From an uncultured Pirellulaceae bacterium (lineage in GTDB: Bacteria; Planctomycetota; Planctomycetia; Pirellulales; Pirellulaceae): DNA of 44,015 bases. A model generated the notes under the pieces. The model had not been told where the DNA came from. It worked only from the letters and a program-made list of their open reading frames with translations, and did no database searches. The position numbers and the translations under genes are program-made. Location: contig CAZLYM010000002.1 of the NCBI GenBank assembly GCA_964563475.1, positions 14,958 to 58,972 of the forward strand. Direction: 5' to 3'. Every line of letters begins with the position of its first letter. The first letter of the stretch is position 1. Below, piece by piece: positions 1 through 9,417 of the stretch.

Positions 1-1
1 A

Positions 2-397
2 AGACTAGGGTTCCCACACATTCCCGAGAATTTTGACCTAGCGACCCTCTATCCCAACAACACGGCGTTCCAGGAAAGAGACACCAACATACTAAAGCTG
101 GAACTCGCCGCCGCCGTCAAACGGCTCGACCAATTGCCAGCCGAACTGGCCAGAAAAGAAGCTTACATCGACCAACTTCAAGACGTACTGGATCAGAAGG
201 AAGTCTATATCCAAGAACTTCATGGTCGCCTGCACGCAGCAAACGCCAGAGAGAAAGCACTGCTAACACGAGTCAACGAAATCCACCAGCGAACGATCAA
301 GATGCGCGAGTACTATGGACTCGAAGGCTCTACCCCCACCCAGAGCACACAAACATCCGAAAACAAGAATGATCAATCCGACGAACCAAAAGTGTAA
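2..397 (+). CDS. Partial CDS (5' end outside window) with a coiled-coil C-terminus; hypothetical protein
   Basis: The frame of ORF 134..397 is open back to position 2 (RLGFPHIPENFDLATLYPNN...). Heptad-like repeats KEAYIDQLQ / KEVYIQELH; TAA stop at 395-397. Confidence 0.6.
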   Translation, partial: RLGFPHIPENFDLATLYPNNTAFQERDTNILKLELAAAVKRLDQLPAELARKEAYIDQLQDVLDQKEVYIQELHGRLHAANAREKALLTRVNEIHQRTIKMREYYGLEGSTPTQSTQTSENKNDQSDEPKV

Positions 398-431
398 GAA
401 TCGTAGGCACTTTTGATCCGACTGGGCACGA

Positions 432-740
432 CTACCCCAGTGATATCAGGAACTCGGTCATCTCGCCTGCCGCGTGAGCGTTACCCTGAGCATTCGCTTG
501 CTCGATCCCAGACTTTAATAACTCTTTAGCTTCATCGTCGCGTTCCAATCGCGCCAACTGCTGAGCGCACATGAAGAACGACGGAACATATGGTGGATCG
601 TCCGCCATCAAATTTTTATGCAACTCAATGCTGCGTTCGTGCTCCTCTTCACCGTCCAGCTCCAACGCCAACGCATAGCGCAGGAAAGTATCGTCCGGAG
701 TTTCAGCAAGCATAGATTCAAGTTGTTCGCGACGTGACAT
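432..740 (-). CDS. Small TPR-like helical-repeat protein (102 aa)
   Basis: ATG at 740 gives MSRREQLESMLAETPDDTFLRYALALE...DPPYVPSFFMCAQQL, typical of short TPR proteins. The upstream ORF extension overlaps the methyltransferase and looks non-coding. Confidence 0.8.
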   Translation of the reverse strand: MSRREQLESMLAETPDDTFLRYALALELDGEEEHERSIELHKNLMADDPPYVPSFFMCAQQLARLERDDEAKELLKSGIEQANAQGNAHAAGEMTEFLISLG

Positions 741-749
741 AGTTTCAAA

Positions 750-777
750 TTCGGAATTGGGAATGCGGAAATCGGAA
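750..777. repeat. Four degenerate tandem 7-mers (ttcggaa ttgggaa tgcggaa atcggaa)
   Basis: Read directly from the sequence, in the spacer upstream of the TPR gene. Confidence 0.6.
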
Positions 778-850
778 TCACAGATACCGAAGCACTTTCT
801 GTTGCTCCCATTGTAGAAGGTTCCAAGTCCGCTTGGCAGAGCCTGTCTCT

Positions 851-1765
851 TTATGATTGCCCAACCACCACCCAGCCAACAAAGCGGAATGGATTGTGCC
901 AACGCTTGATCGGCACCGGTTCCGTGGATCCGGCTTCCACTCCAAACCATTCCTGCGACGAGAATCCGGCATCGGTCAACGACTGGCTCAATTCAGATCG
1001 ACGAAACTGATGAATAAACATGCCACTAACGTTTCGATACGTCGCCAACCGGTCGCCAACTTGCTCTTTGCCTCGAAGTGACCGGACCAAATTTGAGGCA
1101 GCCCAGCGGATGCCGCCCGGATGCCGCCATTGGTAAAAGTAATTGTGAGCATGCACAAAAAACCGGCCATCAGGCCGAATGATTCTCCGAGCGTGAGCCA
1201 AAAACTTCGCTCGATTCTTATCTTCCTTGATCATGCCCAGCGTACTGAGCATACAAACGCCATGATCGGCCGCCTGATCGGCAAGGCACGAAAGCTCGAC
1301 CAGATTCGCCAAAATCATGCTCACAGAAGCCTCTCCAAGATCATGCTTCAATAAATTTTTTCTCAGATTCGCCAACATCGATTCGGACAAATCGACACCC
1401 ACGGCTCGATAGCCGTCCTTCACTAACGGTAAAAGCGTTCGTCCAGTTCCGCAGCCAAAATCGATCACCGTAGGCCCCGGTGGCTGTTGGCCGCTGGCTG
1501 AAGACCGAGCCAAATTTTTCAACGGAGGCAAATAACGGGAGATGATCTTCCGATCGACCTGATTTAATGGCTCATCTTCTACGAATGAGTCATACTGATC
1601 GCCGATGTGATCCCGATTGACGTAATCCCACGTCCCGGCGGCGACTCCTACGGGAGCCTGCCAAGCGCTGGAAGTTGACGATCTGCGGTTCGCCAAACCG
1701 TACGTTTCTTTTGATGTTTCCGTACTTTCGCAATCGCTTGCTTCGTTGTTTTTGGGGTCCGGCAT
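851..1765 (-). CDS. Class I SAM-dependent methyltransferase
   Basis: Motif I VIDFGCGTGR, motif II VGVDLSESML, and IIRPDGRFFV. Confidence 0.88.
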   Translation of the reverse strand: MPDPKNNEASDCESTETSKETYGLANRRSSTSSAWQAPVGVAAGTWDYVNRDHIGDQYDSFVEDEPLNQVDRKIISRYLPPLKNLARSSASGQQPPGPTVIDFGCGTGRTLLPLVKDGYRAVGVDLSESMLANLRKNLLKHDLGEASVSMILANLVELSCLADQAADHGVCMLSTLGMIKEDKNRAKFLAHARRIIRPDGRFFVHAHNYFYQWRHPGGIRWAASNLVRSLRGKEQVGDRLATYRNVSGMFIHQFRRSELSQSLTDAGFSSQEWFGVEAGSTEPVPIKRWHNPFRFVGWVVVGQS

Positions 1766-1873
1766 GCTGTATTCATTTCGATTGACCGCGTCACCTACTT
1801 GCCGCCCAGCGACCTGATCTGATATCGTCCTTGCTCAGCTGAAGACTCGCAAGGGCCTTGAAAAGCACCATGA

Positions 1874-2947
<1,074 letters not shown>

Positions 2948-2974
2948 TTCTGCGAAAGCGAACTTTAGATTCAC

Positions 2975-3006
2975 AAAAAGCGTGGCCAACTTGGTCACGC
3001 TTTTTT
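2975..3006 (+). terminator. Intrinsic terminator after gap (A-tract and T-tract, possibly bidirectional)
   Basis: aaaaagcgtggcca-act-tggtcacgctttttt. Confidence 0.85.
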
Positions 3007-3045
3007 CGTGTTTTAGAGTATAACGGTTCAGGATTTTCAAACTTC

Positions 3046-3107
3046 AGTCCCGAATGGGACGACGGCGCGTAGCCTTGGGCTTTAGCCCAAGGAATGGGAC
3101 GACGGCG
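3046..3107 (+). repeat. REP-like double-hairpin element with a 16-nt direct repeat
   Basis: Hairpins gtccc-gaat-gggac (3047-3060) and ccttgggc-ttta-gcccaagg (3073-3092). gaatgggacgacggcg occurs at 3052-3067 and 3092-3107. Confidence 0.6.
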
Positions 3108-3200
3108 GAACACTGCCTGCCACCATTGTCATTCGAATGCCGTTCATTCGTGCTGGCAACTTTTTTGTATCAACCAATATCCATCATCAAGGAATAAACA

Positions 3201-3614
3201 ATGGTCGAAATCAATATCGAATACTCGGGTGATCTGCGCTGCCGATCCACCCACGGTCCCAGCGGATGCGAACTAATCACCGACGCACCGGTCGACAATC
3301 ATGGCAAAGGCGAATCGTTCTCGCCCACCGATCTCGTCGCGACGGCACTCGGTAGCTGCGTCGCGACAATCATGGGCATCTACGCCCAACGCAACGACTT
3401 TGATTTAGTCGGCGTCAAAATCCATGTTGAAAAACACATGTCTCAGGATGCCCCCCGTCGCATCGCTCGACTACCGGTCTCCATTTCGATGCCTGCCGGT
3501 CTGGACGAAAAACATCGAGCGGCATTGGAGAAAGCAGCCAGCCACTGCCCAGTCCACCAAAGCCTGCATCCCGATATCGATTCACCGCTGACGTTTCAAT
3601 ACGCAGACAAGTGA
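3201..3614 (+). CDS. OsmC/Ohr (YhfA-like) family protein
   Basis: TDAPVDNHGKGESFSPTDLVATALGSC and C-terminal HCPVHQSL carry the two conserved Cys; AGGA RBS upstream. Confidence 0.9.
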   Translation: MVEINIEYSGDLRCRSTHGPSGCELITDAPVDNHGKGESFSPTDLVATALGSCVATIMGIYAQRNDFDLVGVKIHVEKHMSQDAPRRIARLPVSISMPAGLDEKHRAALEKAASHCPVHQSLHPDIDSPLTFQYADK

Positions 3615-3627
3615 CCGAACCATGCGG

Positions 3628-4524
3628 TCACTGGATCTTGCTTCCCACCTCTCGCAAATGTTCCTTGAGCGCGGCCAGCCATTTACTTTCGTAACGATAG
3701 GGATTGGCCGCCATTGCGACCGTGCGAGTCGGTTTCTCGCCACTGAAAGATCGATAGGTCCGGCTTTTGGACTGGTCCAGAACCTGAGCCATTTTTGGGA
3801 CCATCGAAATTCCGTGATCGAGTGAAACGAGCTCCTGCACCGTTGCCAATTGACTCGTTCGCTCAATCGAGACCGGCTGAACTTGTTGGCGTCGACAGAA
3901 TGCGGCAATGTTGTCCGAAAGACAATGCGCCTCGTCAAGCATCACAAACGACAGGTCTTTCACGTCCTTGAGCGAAATCGTTTTCTTCTTAACCAGAGGG
4001 TGATGGTTGGGCATCACCAAAACCAACTCCTCTTCGAATAAAGATTCAATCTCAAGGTACTTGGCCGTGATCGGCAGCGCCAGCACGGCAAGATCCACCT
4101 CGCCATGGCTGCACCGCTTTAGTAAATTTTCGGTCGTGTCTTCCTGCACCACAACCGAAACATCAGAGTACTTCTTGGCAAATTCCTGTAACACTGATGG
4201 AAGAAAAAACGGAGCGATTGTCGGGATCACACCCAAACGTACTCGGCCGCTTTCGGCGGCGTCCGTCAGCTCGGAAAACGTATCCTTCACCAACGCCAGA
4301 ATCTGCTCCGCGCGATTGACAAACAACTCGCCCAAGTCCGTCAGCGCAACCTCTCGCGGCTTACGCTCGAACAGCGGCTGCCCCAATTGCGTTTCGAGTT
4401 TCTGAATCGCTCGGCTGAGCGTCGGCTGAGAAACTCCCAACTCCTCGGCCGCACGAGTAAAATTTCCCGCGCGAGCGACTGCCAAAAAGTACTTCAGCTG
4501 ATGAAATTCAAGCTCTTGCTGCAC
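3628..4524 (-). CDS. oxyR: LysR-family regulator, OxyR-like (hydrogen peroxide-inducible activator)
   Basis: LysR HTH (FTRAAEELGVSQPTLSRAIQKLE), GVIPTIAPFFLP, and LDEAHCLSDNIAAFC, which has the OxyR C-x8-C redox pair. GTG start at 4524 is inferred. Confidence 0.75.
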   Translation of the reverse strand: MQQELEFHQLKYFLAVARAGNFTRAAEELGVSQPTLSRAIQKLETQLGQPLFERKPREVALTDLGELFVNRAEQILALVKDTFSELTDAAESGRVRLGVIPTIAPFFLPSVLQEFAKKYSDVSVVVQEDTTENLLKRCSHGEVDLAVLALPITAKYLEIESLFEEELVLVMPNHHPLVKKKTISLKDVKDLSFVMLDEAHCLSDNIAAFCRRQQVQPVSIERTSQLATVQELVSLDHGISMVPKMAQVLDQSKSRTYRSFSGEKPTRTVAMAANPYRYESKWLAALKEHLREVGSKIQ

Positions 4525-5065
4525 CGAAACCCCACGTCGAAAATTCTTCGAAAACCAACCGTCTTTAAAAACAATAGCAATACACTCACCGCATAGCAAC
4601 TGGGCACGCGATTTACTGACTGAATCAGCAACCCGGGCGAGTCAAAACGCTAGAAAGGTAAATATTGCCGTGAAATTGGCCCATTTCCGACAGAGCCCAA
4701 CATTGCGATTGCAACAGAATGACATCTTTTCCAGTGCTCGGCTCCATCCACCCGACTGCAAGCCAACCCGGAAGCCACTCAGTTTTGACAACGTCGGCAA
4801 CCTAGCATTCCACTGTTTCCGGCGAGACCGTTCGTTAGGCGGTTATAAAACCCGAATAAAATACGGGCAATGTCATCACGATGGCGAATGAAACATTTGA
4901 GCAAATGCGTCCGCATTGCCGAATACTGTCATTCTGCCCAAGGGCGTCAAAACCTATACTGTTACTGCCAGCAAGTTTCCGCAGCGAACGGTTTTACCGA
5001 CTTCGCCGCTGGAAGCTTCCAGCAGCAGTATCACCTGAGTCTTTTTTATTTCCGAACACTGATTC

Positions 5066-5797
5066 ATGAACCGCATTACGACACTGTATTCCAGCACGAT
5101 CGGCAAAAAGTTCATTGCAGCAGTGACTGGCTTGGTTTTGTTCGGCTTTCTTGTCGGCCACGTTGCCGGAAACTTGAAAGTCTTCACTGGGAAAACCGAG
5201 GCCGGCGTGCCTCACATTGACGAATACGGCCAGTTCCTGAAAGTGGCAGGAGAACCTTTCTTGCCCGAGATGGCCGGACTCTGGATCGCTCGCATGGTGC
5301 TTTTGGGCAGCGTCGTTTTGCACATCGTCGTGGTTGTCCAACTCGCGTTTCGCAACTTGGAAGCTCGCCCGGTTGGATACGTTCGCAGTAAAAAGACGGC
5401 CTCATCGTTGGCAGCTTTGTGGATGATGTTTTCCGGAAGCTTGATCGCATTCTTCATCGTCTTCCATCTGCTGCATTTTACGGTGGGCGCCTTGCCAATC
5501 GGTGAATTCAAACATGGTGCCGTCTACGAGAACCTATATAGCTCGTTCCGAAACCCGCTGATCTCTCTGTTCTACGTGGTGGTGATGGGAGTCCTTGGAT
5601 TCCATCTATACCACGGAGTTTGGAGCCTGTTTCAGACGCTCGGAATCGATAACCCCGATCGCAACAAGGCATTGCGAATGTTCGCGATCATCGCAACCAT
5701 TGGCATCGTTGTTGGATTTGCCTTGGTGCCTTTGTCGTTCATGACGGGCATGATGCCAGAGCCAACCGCCTACGATCCGGCTTTGCTGGGTCACTAA
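5066..5797 (+). CDS. sdhC: Succinate dehydrogenase/fumarate reductase cytochrome b subunit (b558 family)
   Basis: SSTIGKKFIAAVTG, five hydrophobic helices with His ligands (GHVAGN, LHIV, FHLLHF, FHLYHG), and position upstream of sdhA. Confidence 0.92.
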   Translation: MNRITTLYSSTIGKKFIAAVTGLVLFGFLVGHVAGNLKVFTGKTEAGVPHIDEYGQFLKVAGEPFLPEMAGLWIARMVLLGSVVLHIVVVVQLAFRNLEARPVGYVRSKKTASSLAALWMMFSGSLIAFFIVFHLLHFTVGALPIGEFKHGAVYENLYSSFRNPLISLFYVVVMGVLGFHLYHGVWSLFQTLGIDNPDRNKALRMFAIIATIGIVVGFALVPLSFMTGMMPEPTAYDPALLGH

Positions 5798-5868
5798 ATT
5801 CCGTGTATCACGGTTCAAGATTAAATTCGTAAAGCAATCTTACGTAAAACAATTTTAAGAACGAAATC

Positions 5869-7788
5869 ATGCTGACTCTCGACGCGAAATTGCCTCAGGG
5901 ACCGATCGAAGACATGTGGACCAACCACAAAGACCATTTGCGTCTGGTGGGGCCCAACAATCGTCACAAATACAAGGTTCTCGTCATCGGTAGCGGACTC
6001 GCAGGGGCTGCCTCCGCGGCCTCGATGGGAGCGATGGGCTACGACGTTGAATGCTTTTGCTTTCAAGATTCGCCCCGACGTGCTCACAGTATCGCAGCTC
6101 AAGGAGGCATCAACGCCTCCAAGAACTATCGCAACGACGGCGACTCTACTTGGCGGCTGTTCACCGACACGCAAAAAGGTGGTGACTTCCGCGCTCGTGA
6201 AGAAAACGTCTACCGATTGGCCGAACTGAGCACCGCAATTATCGACCAATGCGTTGCCCAAGGAGTTCCGTTTGCTCGCGAGTACGGTGGCAAACTGGCA
6301 AACCGATCGTTCGGCGGTGTACTGGTCGAGCGAACCTTCTACTGTCGCGGCGAAACAGGGCAGCAGCTTTTGCTGGGCGCCTACTCGGCTTTGGAAGAAC
6401 AGATCGCCCAGAAAAAGGTCAAGATGCACACTCGGACCGAGTTGCTGGACTACGTGATCGTTGACGGCAACGTCCGAGGCATTATCACTCGTGATCTAAT
6501 CACTGGGGAACTGAAACGACACTCGGCCGACGCAGTCGTGCTGGCCACCGGCGGCTACGGCAACGTCTTTTACCTTTCGACCAACGCCAAAGCCTGCAAC
6601 GTCACGGCGAACTTCCGAGCCTATCGTCGTGGAGCCGGTTTCGCAAATCCATGTTTCACTCAGATTCACCCAACCTCAATCCCGGCATCGGGTGACTACC
6701 AGTCGAAGCTGACACTAATGAGCGAATCGTTGCGGAACGACGGTCGTATCTGGGTGCCACGTGATCCTGACGAAAAACGATCTCCTGCCGACATTCCAGA
6801 AGCCGAACGATACTACTACTTGGAAGAACGATATCCTCGCTTCGGTAACTTGGTCCCTCGAGACGTTGCGGCTCGTAATGCGAAAGACGTTTGCGATCAA
6901 GGTTTGGGTGTCGGCCCAACGGGTTACGGTGTTTACTTGGACTTCGGCACCGCGATCGAAGAAAAGGGCATCGAGGCGGTCAAGTCAAAGTACTCGAACC
7001 TGTTCGAGATGTACCAGCGGATCACAGACGACGATCCGGTCGAAACTCCGATGCGAATTTACCCGGCCGTCCACTACACGATGGGCGGACTGTGGGTCGA
7101 CTACAACTTGATGACCACCATCCCCGGCTTGTACGCCGCTGGCGAAGCAAACTTCGCCGACCACGGAGCCAACCGCCTAGGAGCCAGTTCGCTGATGCAG
7201 TGCTTGGCCGACGGATACTTCGTCGTCCCCGTCACGATCGGTGACTATCTGAGCCGTCAGACTCCGGGAGAAATCGACACCAATCACGACCAGTTTGCCG
7301 CAGTCGAACAAGACTGCCGCGACCACATCAGCAAACTGATGTCCATCAATGGGACGCGATCGTCACAGGATTTCCATCGCGAACTTGGCAAAATCATGTG
7401 GGAGCATTGCGGTATTGCTCGTAACAAATCATCGCTCGAAGAAGGGCTCAAAAAGATCCCAGAACTGCGTGACCAATTCTGGAGCGATTTAAAATTGCCG
7501 GGTGGAGCTTCGGAGCTGAACACATCGCTCGAACATGCCGCCCGAGTCGCTGACTTTTTGGATTTTGGCGAACTGATGTGCCGTGACGCGTTATCACGCG
7601 AAGAATCGTGCGGCTGCCACTTACGAGAAGAATACCAAACCGAAGAAAACGAAGCCAAACGAAACGATGAGGATTTCTCGTTCGTTTCCGTTTTTGAATA
7701 CAAGGGCGAGGGCGTTAAGCCTGAACTGAACAAGGAACCGCTTGAGTTTAACGCGTTTCCTCTGGCAACAAGGAACTACAAGTCATGA
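5869..7788 (+). CDS. sdhA: Succinate dehydrogenase/fumarate reductase flavoprotein subunit
   Basis: FAD motif [22 protein letters not shown] (covalent FAD His), QIHPT, HYTMGG and HGANRLG. Confidence 0.96.
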   Translation: MLTLDAKLPQGPIEDMWTNHKDHLRLVGPNNRHKYKVLVIGSGLAGAASAASMGAMGYDVECFCFQDSPRRAHSIAAQGGINASKNYRNDGDSTWRLFTDTQKGGDFRAREENVYRLAELSTAIIDQCVAQGVPFAREYGGKLANRSFGGVLVERTFYCRGETGQQLLLGAYSALEEQIAQKKVKMHTRTELLDYVIVDGNVRGIITRDLITGELKRHSADAVVLATGGYGNVFYLSTNAKACNVTANFRAYRRGAGFANPCFTQIHPTSIPASGDYQSKLTLMSESLRNDGRIWVPRDPDEKRSPADIPEAERYYYLEERYPRFGNLVPRDVAARNAKDVCDQGLGVGPTGYGVYLDFGTAIEEKGIEAVKSKYSNLFEMYQRITDDDPVETPMRIYPAVHYTMGGLWVDYNLMTTIPGLYAAGEANFADHGANRLGASSLMQCLADGYFVVPVTIGDYLSRQTPGEIDTNHDQFAAVEQDCRDHISKLMSINGTRSSQDFHRELGKIMWEHCGIARNKSSLEEGLKKIPELRDQFWSDLKLPGGASELNTSLEHAARVADFLDFGELMCRDALSREESCGCHLREEYQTEENEAKRNDEDFSFVSVFEYKGEGVKPELNKEPLEFNAFPLATRNYKS

Positions 7789-8561
7789 GAATTCGTTTAC
7801 ACGTTTGGCGGCAGGAAGCTACCAACAAAAAAGGAAAAATGGAGTCCTACGACTTGGACGACGTACTTCCCGACATGTCGTTTCTAGAAATGATGGACGT
7901 CCTAAACGAGAAATTGACTCGTGACGGCGACTCGCCTGTGGCGTTCGACCATGATTGCCGTGAAGGCGTCTGCGGCATGTGCTCGATGGTGATCAACGGT
8001 GAAGCTCACGGCCCCCAAGCCACCACCACGACTTGCCAGTTGTACATGCGTCACTTCAAAGACGGTGCGGAAATCTACGTCGAACCATTTCGATCGGGTG
8101 CCTTTCCAGTCCTGCGCGACTTGATCGTCGACCGCTCCGCATTTGACCGAATCATCCAAGCGGGTGGATACATCAGCAATCACTCGGGCCCGAAACCTGA
8201 TCCAAACTCAATTCCAATCGAGCCCGCCGTCCAAGAAACAGCACTTGATGCAGCCAGCTGCATCGGCTGTGGAGCCTGTGTTGCCGCGTGCCCGAATGGC
8301 TCCGCCATGCTGTTCACCTCGGCCAAGGTTTCCCACTTGGGAATGTTACCTCAAGGCCAGCCCGAGCGTTACGAACGAGTCGGCGCGATGGTCGAGCAGA
8401 TGGAGGAAGAGGGTTTTGGATCCTGCCGCAACTATGCCGAATGCGAAGCTCAATGCCCCAAGGGAATCAGCATCGCCTTCATCGGCCGCATGAACGCCGA
8501 CTACTTGAAGTCGACGCTAATCGAGCCCGTCGACGGACGCGGCAAGATGCACGCTCAATAA
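7785..8561 (+). CDS. sdhB: Succinate dehydrogenase/fumarate reductase iron-sulfur subunit
   Basis: [22 protein letters not shown] and [12 protein letters not shown]; ATGA overlap with sdhA. Confidence 0.96.
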   Translation: MRIRLHVWRQEATNKKGKMESYDLDDVLPDMSFLEMMDVLNEKLTRDGDSPVAFDHDCREGVCGMCSMVINGEAHGPQATTTTCQLYMRHFKDGAEIYVEPFRSGAFPVLRDLIVDRSAFDRIIQAGGYISNHSGPKPDPNSIPIEPAVQETALDAASCIGCGACVAACPNGSAMLFTSAKVSHLGMLPQGQPERYERVGAMVEQMEEEGFGSCRNYAECEAQCPKGISIAFIGRMNADYLKSTLIEPVDGRGKMHAQ

Positions 8562-8582
8562 ATCTGTTGCGGTATTACGGTT

Positions 8583-8616
8583 AGCGGGCGAGGCATCCTC
8601 AACGATGCCCCCCGCT
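8583..8616. terminator. GC-rich hairpin between converging genes (possible terminator or stabiliser)
   Basis: agcggg..ggcatc-ctcaac-gatgcc..cccgct; no U-tract. Confidence 0.4.
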
Positions 8617-8642
8617 CACGCACACGCCCCACCAACGTTGTG

Positions 8643-9119
8643 CTATTTCTTTGACCGCTCCCTGCCGCGCGTTGAAGCAGACCGGACTGGACTTGATACC
8701 GCTCTTGCCGTGACGGTTGGTTCCACGAAAGCCGCTTGCCCGTCGACGGTTACCTTTTCTTGAGCAGAAGGCCACGGCTGCTTAGTCGATATTACTCGAA
8801 CTTGCGTCTGCGCCTTTGGCTGAACTTGTGCTCGTGTCCGTGGCTTCCCAGTCGTAATGAAGGTAGACGGTGTGGCGACTTGTTTACGGGAAACGGCTGA
8901 TTTCGATGATGTTATTGCAGCATTTCTACGCACGGTGTTTCCGTAAAAATGTCCCCGTCGACTCGGTCGTTCCAGAATTGGCATCGCCCGAATTTCGGCG
9001 CGCTGCTGAGCCGAATAGCGCTGACGTCGGCCATTCTCAGCGGCGTCTGAATCGCAAGTCATGGTGAAAGAAACAGAAGCAATCATTGCGAAGAAAATCA
9101 TTCGATTGAAACTGGTCAA
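8643..9119 (-). CDS. Secreted hypothetical protein with a short basic conserved-looking motif
   Basis: Signal-peptide-like N-terminus, then RAEIRAMPILERPSRRGHFYGNTVRR, then a low-complexity tail. TTG start is uncertain. Confidence 0.65.
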   Translation of the reverse strand: MTSFNRMIFFAMIASVSFTMTCDSDAAENGRRQRYSAQQRAEIRAMPILERPSRRGHFYGNTVRRNAAITSSKSAVSRKQVATPSTFITTGKPRTRAQVQPKAQTQVRVISTKQPWPSAQEKVTVDGQAAFVEPTVTARAVSSPVRSASTRGRERSKK

Positions 9120-9311
9120 ATCAAAACCCTCTCAGGAAAATAGATAGTACTGGTTGCCAAAAATGTACCACAGTTTGTGATACGCACTACTCGTAAACTC
9201 AAAAAAGCCCGTCGTAAGATGAGCATTCAACACAGGGCCTGGGTTCTCGTCGCCGCACGCAAAGACTCACCTGTCGTCGCTCCGCGACTTGTATTTTGCT
9301 GGGTCGCTTTA

Positions 9312-9356
9312 CCCCAAGTAAAACTTGGGGCTTCAGCATGCCGTCGCTTCGCGACT
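9312..9356 (-). repeat. REP-like double-hairpin element
   Basis: Hairpins ccccaagt-aaa-acttgggg (9312-9330) and gtcgc-ttc-gcgac (9343-9355); same layout as 3046-3092 on the opposite strand. Confidence 0.55.
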
Positions 9357-9417
9357 AAAACCTAGCCACACACCGCACACAATTGTTCTGCCGCCTGAAC
9401 CCTGAAAACCGAAAACC

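Noticed and set aside
3052-3107. Repeat-spacer-repeat as a mini CRISPR
   Set aside because: Only two 16-nt repeats, a palindromic spacer and no cas genes; it fits a REP-like element better.
4574-4596. Two ATAG words upstream of the oxyR-like gene as a possible OxyR box
   Set aside because: Spacing is 19 nt with no intervening CTAT, so it does not fit ATAG-N7-CTAT-N7-ATAG.
8593-8602. 10-mer gcatcctcaa shared by the hairpins at 8583-8616 and 34368-34397
   Set aside because: The stems are otherwise unrelated; a single 10-mer match in 44 kb can occur by chance.
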